Sequence record: DRR723986_811
Length of the DNA: 51,305 nucleotides
Direction: 5' to 3' (one strand)
The stretch's first letter is position 1, and every line of letters begins with the position of its first letter. Below the pieces are notes generated by a model. The model saw only the letters and a program-made list of their open reading frames with translations, had not been told where the DNA came from and did not search any database. Below, in pieces: positions 36,521 to 46,667 of this stretch. The position numbers and the translations under genes were made by a program.

Positions 36521-37396
36521 ATGCGTTTCGAAGGCACTGAAAACTATGTGGCAACTGACGACCTGCGCGTGGCCGTCAACGCCGCCATTGCACTGGAGCG
36601 CCCGCTGCTCGTCAAAGGCGAGCCCGGCACTGGCAAGACCGTGCTGGCCATCGAAGTGGCCAAGGCCCTCGGCTGCGAGCTGATCGAGTGGCACATCAAG
36701 TCCACCACCAAGGCGAACCAGGGCCTCTATGAGTATGATGCCGTGTCCCGCCTGCGCGACGGCCAGATGGGCGAAGAGCGCGCCAAGGACGTCAAGAACT
36801 ACATCAAGAAGGGCAAGCTGTGGGAGGCGTTCACCGCCGACAAGCGCCCAGTCCTGCTGATTGACGAGATCGACAAGGCCGACATCGAGTTTCCGAACGA
36901 CCTCCTGCAGGAGCTCGATCGGATGGAGTTCTATGTCTATGAAACCGATGAAACCGTAAAGGCGAAGCAGCGTCCGATCGTGATCATCACTTCGAACAAT
37001 GAGAAAGAGCTGCCGGACGCCTTCCTGCGCCGCTGCTTCTTCCACTTCATCAAGTTCCCGGACGAAGACACGATGCAGGAGATCATCGATGTCCACTATC
37101 CGGGCATCAAGCAGAAGCTGGTGAAGGACGCGCTGACGACCTTCTACGCCATGCGCGAACTGCCGGGTGTGAAGAAAAAGCCATCGACCAGCGAACTGCT
37201 CGACTGGCTGAAGCTGCTGATGAACGAAGACATCGACCTTGAAACGCTGCGCGAGAAGGACCCGGAGCGGCTCACCCCGCCGCTGCACGGCGCCCTTCTG
37301 AAGAACGAGCAGGACATCGCCCTGTTCGAACGCCTCGCCTTCCTCGCCCGTCGTCAGGACGGCCCGGGCGGCGGCCGCCGCGGCCCGGCTGGCTGA
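36521..37396 (+). CDS. MoxR-family AAA+ ATPase
   Basis: GEPGTGKT, LLIDEIDKAD and ELPDAFLRRC motifs. Confidence 0.93.
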   Translation: MRFEGTENYVATDDLRVAVNAAIALERPLLVKGEPGTGKTVLAIEVAKALGCELIEWHIKSTTKANQGLYEYDAVSRLRDGQMGEERAKDVKNYIKKGKLWEAFTADKRPVLLIDEIDKADIEFPNDLLQELDRMEFYVYETDETVKAKQRPIVIITSNNEKELPDAFLRRCFFHFIKFPDEDTMQEIIDVHYPGIKQKLVKDALTTFYAMRELPGVKKKPSTSELLDWLKLLMNEDIDLETLREKDPERLTPPLHGALLKNEQDIALFERLAFLARRQDGPGGGRRGPAG

Positions 37397-37491
37397 TCAC
37401 GGCTTTATATTTCACCGCATCAGCCTCTTCGGGCGATGATATTGATTCCATCTAGATTATTCAGCGTTTCTACTGATATAAGAAATGGATC

Positions 37492-38595
37492 ATGCGCGAT
37501 GATCTGGTGGGAGAAATATACGAGACGGTGACGGACAGGGGGCGCCTCGCCATTTTGGCGACCCGCCTTCAGGACGAACTGAATTCTCACTCTTCTGCAC
37601 TCGTCATTGCAGAACCAGGTCGCTATTTCCTGATGCAGAACAGCGTCAGCCCGGAATCGGCTGATGCCTATAACCAACACCTGTGGCACGGTGACATCTG
37701 GATGAAGGAGTTTTTGGTCCGATCACCCGAGACCGTCCTGTCCGGCCATCAGATGTGCGCCTACACAGACATTCCCGCAGACTATCGTCACCATGTGCTG
37801 GAAGCTGCGGACACATATGACGGTTTGAGCACGCACGTCATCGACAAGCCGGGTCTGACTGCCAGCATCTCATTATACCGGTCCCGGTCCCAGGACGTTT
37901 TTCAAACATCCGACTTCGAAAAAATGCTGTTCCTGGCGCCGCATCTGAAACGAGCTCTGAGCCTGCAGCAAGTCTTTGGCGAGCTCTCACACGACCGCAC
38001 TCTACTGGAACAGGCGATCAATCACATTCCAGGACAAACTTTCATTGTCGATCGGCACTACCGCATCGTGGCGGAGAATGCGCTCGCCCGGGATACTCGG
38101 AGAAAGAACCCAGGAATCGATATCCGGCACGGCCGAATTGTCCTTCGGGACCAGTCGGCCCATAAAAAGCTTGAACACTCCCTGGAAGTGGCCATCAGGA
38201 GCGGCATGCCTGCTACGTTCCTCATGAACACTGCAGACCGCATGACGCCTTGGCTGGTCCGCGTGGTCAGGTTGAATACGGGCCTGGCAGAAAGCGTGCG
38301 AACGATGGCTGGAGGGCCGGCACAGCAGCATTTTGTCATCGTAACGTTCACTTCGCCGGAGCCGCTGCCGCCAGAGGCTGCTTCGGTACTCGTGAGCGCT
38401 TACCAGTTGACCCAAAGGGAAGCCGAGACAGCCATTTTTATCGCACTTGGCCTGAGTCCCGACGAAATCGCTGAACGCATGGGTGTGAAGCTCTCAACCG
38501 TACGCAGTTTTCTGAAGTCGGTACTCGCCAAGATGGATGCCAAACGCCAATCTGAACTGGCCGCCAGGATCCAATCATTATTTGCGCGCCGATGA
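37492..38595 (+). CDS. LuxR-type HTH transcriptional regulator with N-terminal sensor region
   Basis: C-terminal LTQREAE...EIAERMGVKLSTVRSFLKSVLAKMDAKRQSEL. Confidence 0.85.
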   Translation: MRDDLVGEIYETVTDRGRLAILATRLQDELNSHSSALVIAEPGRYFLMQNSVSPESADAYNQHLWHGDIWMKEFLVRSPETVLSGHQMCAYTDIPADYRHHVLEAADTYDGLSTHVIDKPGLTASISLYRSRSQDVFQTSDFEKMLFLAPHLKRALSLQQVFGELSHDRTLLEQAINHIPGQTFIVDRHYRIVAENALARDTRRKNPGIDIRHGRIVLRDQSAHKKLEHSLEVAIRSGMPATFLMNTADRMTPWLVRVVRLNTGLAESVRTMAGGPAQQHFVIVTFTSPEPLPPEAASVLVSAYQLTQREAETAIFIALGLSPDEIAERMGVKLSTVRSFLKSVLAKMDAKRQSELAARIQSLFARR

Positions 38596-38604
38596 TCCGA
38601 GATT

Positions 38605-39390
38605 TCAGTCGTCAGCCTTCATGGGCGTCACGCCCTTGGTCGGCGGACGGAAGTTCACGTCTTCACGGCTTTTCAGGAAGTCGGCCATCTTGGTCTTGTC
38701 GGTGCGCTCATCCCACCAGGTTTTCCAGGCAAGGGTGATCCAGCCGATATGGAAAGCGACACCGCAGATCAATGCCAGCCAGCCTGGAATCGGTCCGATA
38801 TGCGCCCGGCGCATGAAGTGGGCAAAATTGTCCACATCGGTCGGATGAATGGCGATCTTGGCGAAATAGGCCGCGCCGAGAATGGCAAAGATCCAGCCGT
38901 AATTCCGGCGCAGGCGCCGGCCGACTGAGCGGACCATCGAGATCCGGTATTGCGGTTTGACGTAGTCGTCTGACAGGGCTGTGCCCCGGTCGAGCGGGAT
39001 CTGCGCCCCCTCACCACGCAGCATCGGCACGTAGAAGGCAATCTCCAGAACCCGCGCCCGGAACCGCCAGACATAGAAAAACCTGTAGCGTCGCGCTTCC
39101 AGCATCAGGAACATGATGCAGAGCGCACCAACCAGAACAATCGGGAACGGAGAGGCTCGCTCCGACGCAAAGGCAGCAGACAGGCCAATGCCGGTCGAGA
39201 TAACCGCCCAGTTGGTGGTCTGGTCCAGGCGCTGGCGCCAGACGGTCGAACGGTAGACTTCCGCCCGGTAGAGGTGCGCGATCGCGCCGACTTCCTTGTT
39301 GCCGGAAATGCCTGTCGGCGGATCCCCATCCGGGTCTCCGTCGGTTGGTTCGGCCAGAACCGGGTCGTCTCTATCGTCAAATTCGGTCAT
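38605..39390 (-). CDS. DUF2270-family membrane protein
   Basis: HLYRAEVYRSTVWRQRLDQTTNWAV, EARRYR and RRLRRNY motifs. Confidence 0.88.
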   Translation of the reverse strand: MTEFDDRDDPVLAEPTDGDPDGDPPTGISGNKEVGAIAHLYRAEVYRSTVWRQRLDQTTNWAVISTGIGLSAAFASERASPFPIVLVGALCIMFLMLEARRYRFFYVWRFRARVLEIAFYVPMLRGEGAQIPLDRGTALSDDYVKPQYRISMVRSVGRRLRRNYGWIFAILGAAYFAKIAIHPTDVDNFAHFMRRAHIGPIPGWLALICGVAFHIGWITLAWKTWWDERTDKTKMADFLKSREDVNFRPPTKGVTPMKADD

Positions 39391-39436
39391 GCGCGGCGTT
39401 TCCTTGCCCCCGCCTACTCCCAAAAAGGCTGCCGGA

Positions 39437-40183
39437 TCAAGCCGGGCAGTATCCGCGCTCCAGAATTGCCCCGTAGCCTTCCAGCGCTTCGCGCACATGG
39501 CGGGTATCTTCGCGCCCACCTTCGGCCCTCACCCGGCTGGCGAGCGCCCCGGCGCCGCCGGTAATCCGGGCCCGCCAGAATGCATAACGTAGCCCGTCCG
39601 GCTCGACTGTCAGCTGCACGGCCCGGTCGAAGGCAGCGAGATCGCAGTTTTCCATCGCCAGCTCACTCAGCACGTGACCAAAATCGCCCCGCTCGAGATT
39701 CTCCAGCGGCCGGGCGCCGGGCTCCGGCGGGCCTGCCAGAGCGAACATGGCCTCCACGACACGCCGGCGCGTGGCTGTGTCTGGCGCAAGGCGCACGCCG
39801 GCGGCCATCAGTTCCGGCCGGCCGATATTGAAGGGCGGAAGCCCGGCCTGGGCCCGCTGCAGGAAGTGATTCCAATCAGCTTCCCGCAGCTCGGCCTCCG
39901 CCCGCTCGCGGATATAGTCGGGATATTCCGGCGGCGGCGCTGCCACGCCGCCTAGCCGTCCCTCCCATTCCGCGAGCAGCGCTGTGTCCCCACTCAGCGC
40001 TAAGGTATTCAGAAATATCGGTCTCAGACGTTCCCGCTTGTCAGCCGGAAATCCGGCAGCCGCCTCCCAGATCGCCTGTACCATGCAGTTTTTTTCGCCC
40101 TCCCCCGGCGGACAAGCTGTATCCGCCACGGCCATCGGCCCGGCGAAGAGCAAGGAAAGGGACAGGAAAAAGACACGCATCAT
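39437..40183 (-). CDS. Hypothetical exported protein
   Basis: Signal-peptide-like N-terminus; 248 aa. Confidence 0.7.
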   Translation of the reverse strand: MMRVFFLSLSLLFAGPMAVADTACPPGEGEKNCMVQAIWEAAAGFPADKRERLRPIFLNTLALSGDTALLAEWEGRLGGVAAPPPEYPDYIRERAEAELREADWNHFLQRAQAGLPPFNIGRPELMAAGVRLAPDTATRRRVVEAMFALAGPPEPGARPLENLERGDFGHVLSELAMENCDLAAFDRAVQLTVEPDGLRYAFWRARITGGAGALASRVRAEGGREDTRHVREALEGYGAILERGYCPA

Positions 40184-40305
40184 GTCGACACACAGCTAGC
40201 GGCCGGAAGCTGAACACAGCATGAGCGGACAGTTAGCGTGACGTCAGCTTGGACACCGGGCGACAGGCAGTCTATGTTTATGACAGGCTAAAGTGAGACA
40301 TCCCC

Positions 40306-41487
40306 ATGTTCCTCAATTTCTTCAACCAATTGCGCGAAGCCAAGGTGCCCGTCACGCTGAAGGAATACCTGATGCTGATGGAAGCGATGGACAAGAAAGT
40401 CACCGATATGGATGTCGAGGACTTCTACTATCTCTCCCGCGCCGCATTGGTGAAGGACGAGCGGAATATCGACAAGTTCGACAAGGTCTTCTCCCACGTC
40501 TTCAAAGGTCTCGACTCCCTGGCAGATGCTGTGGACGTGCAGGATCTGCCGGAAGAATGGCTGCGCAAGATGACCGAGAAATTCCTCACTCAGGAGGAAA
40601 TGGACGAGATCGAGGCCATGGGCGGCTTCGAGAAGCTGATGGAAACGCTGAAACAGCGCCTCGAAGAGCAGAAAAAGCGCCACGAAGGCGGAAACAAGTG
40701 GATCGGCACGGGCGGCACCTCCCCCTTCGGCGCCAATGGCTACAATCCGGAAGGCGTACGCATCGGGCAGGAAAAATCCCGCCACCGCCGCGCCGTGAAA
40801 GTCTGGGACAAGCGCGAATTCAAGAATTACGACGACAGCGTCGAGCTTGGCACGCGCAACATAAAAGTGGCGATGAAACGCCTGCGCAAATGGGCCCGCA
40901 AGGGTGCGCCGGACGAACTGGATCTGGACGGCACCATCAACAACACCGCGCGCAAAGGCTATCTCGACATCGAGATGCGCCCGGAAAAGCGCAATGCCGT
41001 CTCCGTCCTCCTGCTGCTCGATGTCGGCGGCTCGATGGACCCCTATGTGCGGATCATGGAAGAGCTGTTCTCGGCGGCCAAGTCCGAGATCAAGAACCTC
41101 GAATACTATTACTTCCACAACTGCCCGTATGAGGGTCTGTGGAAGGACAATCGCCGCCGCATGAACAATCGCATCCCGACCTGGGACGTGCTGAACAAGT
41201 ATCCGTCGGACTACAAGGTCATCATCGTCGGCGACGCCACGATGAGCCCGTACGAGATCACCTATGCCGGCGGCTCGGTCGAACACTGGAACGAGGAGGC
41301 GGGCGGCCTGTGGATCCAGCGTTTCGTCGAACGCTACCCGAACCTCGTCTGGCTGAACCCGGTCAAGGAAGGCGCCTGGGAATACACAGGCTCCATCAAG
41401 CTGATCCGTGAACTGATCGGCCCCCAGCGTATGTTTGAACTGACACTTGGCGGCTTGGACGAGGCAATGAAGGAACTGAGCCGCTAG
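40306..41487 (+). CDS. VWA-domain (CoxE-like) protein, probable MoxR partner
   Basis: GGNKWIGTGGTSPFG, MIDAS DVGGSMD and VGDATMSPYEI motifs. Confidence 0.9.
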   Translation: MFLNFFNQLREAKVPVTLKEYLMLMEAMDKKVTDMDVEDFYYLSRAALVKDERNIDKFDKVFSHVFKGLDSLADAVDVQDLPEEWLRKMTEKFLTQEEMDEIEAMGGFEKLMETLKQRLEEQKKRHEGGNKWIGTGGTSPFGANGYNPEGVRIGQEKSRHRRAVKVWDKREFKNYDDSVELGTRNIKVAMKRLRKWARKGAPDELDLDGTINNTARKGYLDIEMRPEKRNAVSVLLLLDVGGSMDPYVRIMEELFSAAKSEIKNLEYYYFHNCPYEGLWKDNRRRMNNRIPTWDVLNKYPSDYKVIIVGDATMSPYEITYAGGSVEHWNEEAGGLWIQRFVERYPNLVWLNPVKEGAWEYTGSIKLIRELIGPQRMFELTLGGLDEAMKELSR

Positions 41488-41568
41488 CACACCTTTCCTC
41501 CCACGGATCTTGTGAATCGTCCGGAGCACGTCTCGTGCACCGTGGAAACACAGACCAGAGGGGAAATC

Positions 41569-42054
41569 ATGATCCGCTATTTCAAGACTGTCCTGATCGT
41601 TTTCGTCGGGCTTCAGGGCCTTTTCTACTTCATTTCAAACGCTGTGAACTGGGAATACGCCCAGATGGCAGTTGGAGCAGTGCTGGGCCAGACTGACAGC
41701 CCGGCCTATCCGAACCTTGTCATACCGGCGATCACGTCCCCCTTCCTGATCAAGCTGGCCCTGATCGGGATCATGACCGGCGAGTTGCTGGTCGGATTGC
41801 TTTGCTTCAAGGGCGCATTCGACATGTGGAAGCAGGTGGGTTCAGACGCTGGCGCGTTCAATGCGTCCAAGACCTGGGCCATAGCAGGCTGCTGCGTCGC
41901 GCTGATCGTCTGGTTCGGCATCTTCCAGGTGTTCGGCGCCGCTCTCTTCCAGATGTGGCAGAGCCAGGTGGGTGTCGGCTCCTTCGAAGGCGCGTTCATG
42001 TACCACGCGGCCAGCGCCATCATCCTGATTTTCGTCAATCAGAAGGATGATTGA
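41569..42054 (+). CDS. DUF2165-like small membrane protein
   Basis: Four TMs; PAITSP and LFQMWQS motifs. Confidence 0.7.
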   Translation: MIRYFKTVLIVFVGLQGLFYFISNAVNWEYAQMAVGAVLGQTDSPAYPNLVIPAITSPFLIKLALIGIMTGELLVGLLCFKGAFDMWKQVGSDAGAFNASKTWAIAGCCVALIVWFGIFQVFGAALFQMWQSQVGVGSFEGAFMYHAASAIILIFVNQKDD

Positions 42055-42154
42055 CGGCACAAATTCGCAATCGGCTGAATACGCTTCTGATCAGCGGTTG
42101 TGCTTTGCTCTGCGTCTCCTAATCTGGCCCGAAATGAAACTGGAGGAAGCAGGT

Positions 42155-43066
42155 ATGGCGCGCATCAAGGCCAACGGCATAGAGATCGAATACGAGGAAT
42201 TCGGATCGAAGGACGATCCGCTCATGCTCCTCGTCATGGGATTTTCGAGCCAGATGATCAATTGGCCGGAAAGCCTGATCAGAGGCCTGACCGATGCCGG
42301 CCGGCGGGTCGTGATATTTGACAATCGCGACATCGGCCTCAGCACCGAACTCGAAGGCCATGTTCCCCCGTCTCCGCGCGACATCGTCAAAGGAATCGCG
42401 GCCGGAGAACCGATGCATGAAAAAGTGCCCTACCTCCTGGACGACATGGCGGCCGATGCCGCCGCACTGATCGAAGCACTCGGCGCAGACGAAGCCGATG
42501 TCATGGGGGTTTCCATGGGGGGCATGATTGTCCAGCTTATGGCGCTCAATCATCCCGAGCGTGTCCGTACGCTGATCCCTGTGATGACAACGTCCGGCGA
42601 CCCATCGCTGCCTCCGGCCACGCCAGAGGCGACCGCTGCGCTGACCGCCGTTCCGGAGGAACGCACGCCTGAAGCCATCGCCGATCTCGCCGTCAAGGGG
42701 CGGGCCGCTTATGGTTCCCATCCGGATATACGTACGCCGGATGACGAAATTCGCGCGAGTGCAATTACGGCCATGCAACGGTCAGACCGGCCCATGGGCG
42801 TCGCCCGGCAATACGCCGCCATTCTGGCCCAGCCCCGCTGGCACGACCGCCTCGGCAGCCTGAATCTGCCCACGCTCGTTCTGCACGGCGAAAGGGATAA
42901 TCTGATCCTGCCTGCGGCCGGGCAGGACATCGCGCGGCGTGTTCCCAATGCCAGCATCGAGATCATCGAGAAATGGGGCCACGACTTGCCGGAGGCCGTC
43001 ATGCCGGTCCTGCTGAATCGCATCGTGCCGTTCCTTGGCCAGTCCGCGCCATCAGGGCCAGCATGA
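42155..43066 (+). CDS. Alpha/beta hydrolase
   Basis: FDNRDIGLS, GVSMGG and GHDLP motifs; GGAGG RBS. Confidence 0.9.
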   Translation: MARIKANGIEIEYEEFGSKDDPLMLLVMGFSSQMINWPESLIRGLTDAGRRVVIFDNRDIGLSTELEGHVPPSPRDIVKGIAAGEPMHEKVPYLLDDMAADAAALIEALGADEADVMGVSMGGMIVQLMALNHPERVRTLIPVMTTSGDPSLPPATPEATAALTAVPEERTPEAIADLAVKGRAAYGSHPDIRTPDDEIRASAITAMQRSDRPMGVARQYAAILAQPRWHDRLGSLNLPTLVLHGERDNLILPAAGQDIARRVPNASIEIIEKWGHDLPEAVMPVLLNRIVPFLGQSAPSGPA

Positions 43067-43767
43067 TGCTTGAACCGGTCGACACAGACCTATGGCTGAC
43101 CGAAGGACCGGTCGTCGATTTTCACGGCTTCCCCTATCCTACGCGAAGCGTGATCGTGCGATTGCCGGATGGAATGCTGTGGGTTTGGTCGCCTGTGGCG
43201 CTGACGCCTGAACTGAAAAAGGACGTGGATGCGCTTGGCCCGGTGGGTCACCTCGTCAGCCCGAACAAGATCCACCACCTCTACCTGACCGAATGGCATG
43301 CCGCCTATCCCGAGGCAAAACTCTGGGGCCCAGCCTCCACGATCCGCAAACGGAAAGATCTGCCCTTCCAGCCCGCGCTGGAGGATATCCCCCCTGGTGA
43401 CTGGCAAGGTGTGTTCGAACAGGCCTGGTTTCGCGGCTCTTTCTTCATGGACGAGATCGCCCTCGTCCACCGGCCGACCGGTACAGCTATCTTCGCCGAC
43501 CTGTCTGAACACTTCAGCGACAGCTTTCTGGAACGCTACTGGCAAGGCTGGAAACGGCTGATCGCCAAGCCTTGGGGCATTGTGGTCGGCAAGGGCTATG
43601 CCCCGCTGGAATGGCGGCTGAGTTTCACAAACCGCACGCCCGCACGCACGGCGTTCAACAAAGTCGCCGCCACGCATCCTGACCGGATCATCATGGCCCA
43701 TGGCGAATGGGTAAAAACTGGCGGCGAGGCTTTCCTGCGCCAGGCATTCGCCTGGCTGATCCGCTGA
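43063..43767 (+). CDS. DUF4336-family protein (metallo-beta-lactamase-like fold)
   Basis: VWSPVAL, VSPNKIHHLY and IMAHG motifs. Confidence 0.82.
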   Translation: MMLEPVDTDLWLTEGPVVDFHGFPYPTRSVIVRLPDGMLWVWSPVALTPELKKDVDALGPVGHLVSPNKIHHLYLTEWHAAYPEAKLWGPASTIRKRKDLPFQPALEDIPPGDWQGVFEQAWFRGSFFMDEIALVHRPTGTAIFADLSEHFSDSFLERYWQGWKRLIAKPWGIVVGKGYAPLEWRLSFTNRTPARTAFNKVAATHPDRIIMAHGEWVKTGGEAFLRQAFAWLIR

Positions 43768-43781
43768 AGAGGAAGAGACAC

Positions 43782-44564
43782 ATGACGACGCCAGCGCCTC
43801 AAGGTATCCGGACAGAAACTGATGGCGAGGTCCTGATCGTCACCATTGATCGCCCCCCGGCCCGAAATGCGGTCGACCGGCCAACCGCCGACGCGCTTTA
43901 CGAAACGTTCAAATCCTTTGACGCGGATGACACCCTTTCGGTTGCAATCCTGACCGGTGCGAACGGAAATTTCTGCGCTGGTGCCGACCTGAAAGCCGTT
44001 GCCGAGGGACGGGGGAACAAATCCGTACCCGATGGTGATTACGGACCGATGGGCCCATCCCGGCTGGAGCTCTCCAAGCCCGTAATCGCCGCCGTCGATG
44101 GGTATGCCGTTGCCGGCGGGTTGGAGCTTGCCTGCTGGTGTGACCTCCGGGTCGCCTCACCGGGGGCGAAGTTCGGCGTTTTCTGCCGCCGCTTCGGTGT
44201 CCCTCTGATTGATGGCGGCACGATCCGCCTTCCCCGGCTGATCGGTGCATCCCGGGCAATGGACATGATCCTCACGGGCCGGGAAGTCGGCGCGGAAGAG
44301 GCTCTTGCCTTCGGGCTTGCCAACTATGTATCGGAGGAAGACTCCGCGCGTCAAAAAGCGCTGGAGGTCGCCCGAAGGATCGCTGCGTTCCCACAAGTCT
44401 GCATGCGGACGGACCGCGCCTCTGCCGTGGCGCAATGGTCCCTTCCAATGGACGAGGCGTTACGCCGGGAGATCGCAGGCGGCCTGCGCGTCATCGAGAT
44501 GGGAGAAACCCGGGATGGTGCCAAACGTTTCGCCGCCGGCATCGGCCGCGGCGGCGTCTTCTGA
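43782..44564 (+). CDS. Enoyl-CoA hydratase/crotonase
   Basis: NFCAGADL, AGGLELACWCD and GVPLIDGGT motifs. Confidence 0.92.
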   Translation: MTTPAPQGIRTETDGEVLIVTIDRPPARNAVDRPTADALYETFKSFDADDTLSVAILTGANGNFCAGADLKAVAEGRGNKSVPDGDYGPMGPSRLELSKPVIAAVDGYAVAGGLELACWCDLRVASPGAKFGVFCRRFGVPLIDGGTIRLPRLIGASRAMDMILTGREVGAEEALAFGLANYVSEEDSARQKALEVARRIAAFPQVCMRTDRASAVAQWSLPMDEALRREIAGGLRVIEMGETRDGAKRFAAGIGRGGVF

Positions 44565-44837
44565 GAGGTAAGGCGCACCGGGGCGTTCCGTCAGGCGGCG
44601 GCCCTGCCACAGCGTGAAGATGCCGATCCCGACCCAGATGATATTGATCGTGGTCGACGGGATGGCGCCGTTGTAGCCGCTGTTGATGATGAACCCCGTC
44701 GCGCCGACCACGTTCATCACCTGGTAGGCTTTCGAGCGGCCGTCCATCTTTCCAGCGGAAAGCATCAGGTAGGCAATCAGGATGAGAACGGCACCGGCCC
44801 AGCCGGACATTTCAATGAGCAAGTGCGTAAAAGACAT
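44460..44837 (-). CDS. Small membrane protein (CBU_0592-like)
   Basis: GWAGAVLILIAY...YQVMNVVG...INIIW; the 3' end overlaps the convergent gene. Confidence 0.7.
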   Translation of the reverse strand: MSFTHLLIEMSGWAGAVLILIAYLMLSAGKMDGRSKAYQVMNVVGATGFIINSGYNGAIPSTTINIIWVGIGIFTLWQGRRLTERPGAPYLSEDAAAADAGGETFGTIPGFSHLDDAQAACDLPA

Positions 44838-44957
44838 GGAGCGCCTCGCGAGTCCGGTGTATTTTCGCCCCGTAATCTCACTTTTCTTCTCACGCAATCA
44901 TAAAATTACACTGCCTTTGAAATTTCATTTTTCTGCCGCCGCGCCGGCCGGAAATGT

Positions 44958-46667
44958 TTACCAGCCGCCTCCGCCGCCGCCTCCGCCGCCACCACCAGAC
45001 GAGCCACCCCCTCCCCCACCAGACGAACTGGAACTCTGCGGCAGGGAGCTGGAGACGCCCGTGTTCATGCTGGACATGATCGCATCGTTCATGCCTCCGA
45101 CATTACTGAAGGAGCGACTGCCAAACTGCCCCCAGGCCGGGGCATAGTTTTCTGCCTCCGCGGGTAGTTGGTGTTCAAAGTATTTTGTCCACGGCTTTTC
45201 GACATTCAGCGCCACAGCGTAAGGCAGGAATCGTTCATACCGCTCCAGACTCATGGGCGGCGGCGCATCGCTGCCGACCTTGACGGCATTCATCTGAAGC
45301 TTTTCGGCGGTTTCGAGGTAAAGGCGGAACCCCTCAATTTCCGTACGGATTTTTTGCCCTTTCACGGTTGGCGCCGGCATCAGGTACATGAAAAGACCGT
45401 TCAGGCTGGCAAAGGCCAGAACCACCAGCGTATGCCAGCCTGACCAGTTGGTCGCCTGGAATATGGCGAATATCACCGCTGCGATGGTCATCACGGCCGC
45501 GGCCAGCGTGTAGCCAATGTTCCAGCGGAAATAGGCGCTGCCGTATTTGCGGGAAAGCGCGATGCGGAATTTCTGATACGCCGAGGTGAAAGTCGCATCA
45601 TACTTTCCGCCAAGAGTACGCTCGGCCAGCCCGCCAAACAGGCCGGCATCGAGGATTGCCTCGTCAGGGGTGATCGCAGCATTGCCACCCTGTTTGCGCG
45701 TCAGCGTGGTTTCCTTCTTGCTCGAAGCATCAATGTCGACCAGTCCCTTCACGCCCATGCCGATAAGGGTCGAAATCAGAGCGCCATGCCCGCGCAGGCC
45801 GCGATAGAAAATGTAGTGCGCAGCGGCGGGAGAATAGCCTTCCGGTGGCTCGTAGCGCGGAAATACCGGTCCTTTGGGCGGGTCCTGACCCACCTTCTGA
45901 AACCCCGACATCAGAAACCAGAAGACCCCGCAGAAAGACGCGATCAGTATAGCCAGCGCCCCGTTTCGCAACCACCAGAGCGCCCCCTTGTCGCCAAGGG
46001 ACGGCGGCGCAATCGTCCCCTTAGGCATCGACACCGACACCGTCATGCCTTCAAACCGGCCCATCGGGCGGGTCGTCTCAAAAACGAGCACATTGCCATC
46101 CTGACTGTAGGAATAGTCCCGCCCCACGTCTCCGGACTTGCCGGTATAGGCGATCGCCTCCGTCACTCTCGCCCCGTCCGGGAGCGCTATCCGGGCCGAG
46201 GCTACTTCGATGGAGAACAGCCAGTAATTGCCGGTGACGTTCCAGTAGAGTTCGTCATGGCTGTCGAAATACCGGATCTGGTTCTTCACCTCATATTCGA
46301 TCACATAGGTGTGGTCGCCATAGTCGAGCAGCACATCGGCATCGCCAATCCGGATACGATAGGCATTGCCATCGTGTTCGACCGTGTAGGGTTCCCTGCT
46401 GTCGTCCCGGCGCACCCGGCGAATGTCATACTGATAGGGCAGCTTGTCGCCCGGATTCAGATCGTCGGCATAGTAGCGCGGCAGGTCGCGAAAGATGCCG
46501 CGGCGGATGTCCCGGCCTTCGACGGTTACATTGATCGTCTCGGTGACGATGATGTCCCCGTCCTTCTGGACTTCGATACCGACATCGAAGCGGTTGATCT
46601 TCTCTTCTGCCCCGGCCGCCAGAACGAACAGGCAGGCAGCCAGTACTCCGATCAGATAACGCAGCAT
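44958..46667 (-). CDS. DUF2207-family membrane protein
   Basis: RRGIFRDLP, ELYWNVTGNYW and YERFLPYAVAL motifs; Gly-rich GGGGGW tail; coupled to lemA. Confidence 0.9.
   Translation of the reverse strand: MLRYLIGVLAACLFVLAAGAEEKINRFDVGIEVQKDGDIIVTETINVTVEGRDIRRGIFRDLPRYYADDLNPGDKLPYQYDIRRVRRDDSREPYTVEHDGNAYRIRIGDADVLLDYGDHTYVIEYEVKNQIRYFDSHDELYWNVTGNYWLFSIEVASARIALPDGARVTEAIAYTGKSGDVGRDYSYSQDGNVLVFETTRPMGRFEGMTVSVSMPKGTIAPPSLGDKGALWWLRNGALAILIASFCGVFWFLMSGFQKVGQDPPKGPVFPRYEPPEGYSPAAAHYIFYRGLRGHGALISTLIGMGVKGLVDIDASSKKETTLTRKQGGNAAITPDEAILDAGLFGGLAERTLGGKYDATFTSAYQKFRIALSRKYGSAYFRWNIGYTLAAAVMTIAAVIFAIFQATNWSGWHTLVVLAFASLNGLFMYLMPAPTVKGQKIRTEIEGFRLYLETAEKLQMNAVKVGSDAPPPMSLERYERFLPYAVALNVEKPWTKYFEHQLPAEAENYAPAWGQFGSRSFSNVGGMNDAIMSSMNTGVSSSLPQSSSSSGGGGGGSSGGGGGGGGGGGW

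Noticed and set aside
44961-45035. CCG/CCT low-complexity repeat
   Set aside because: It encodes the standard Ser/Gly tail of DUF2207 proteins.
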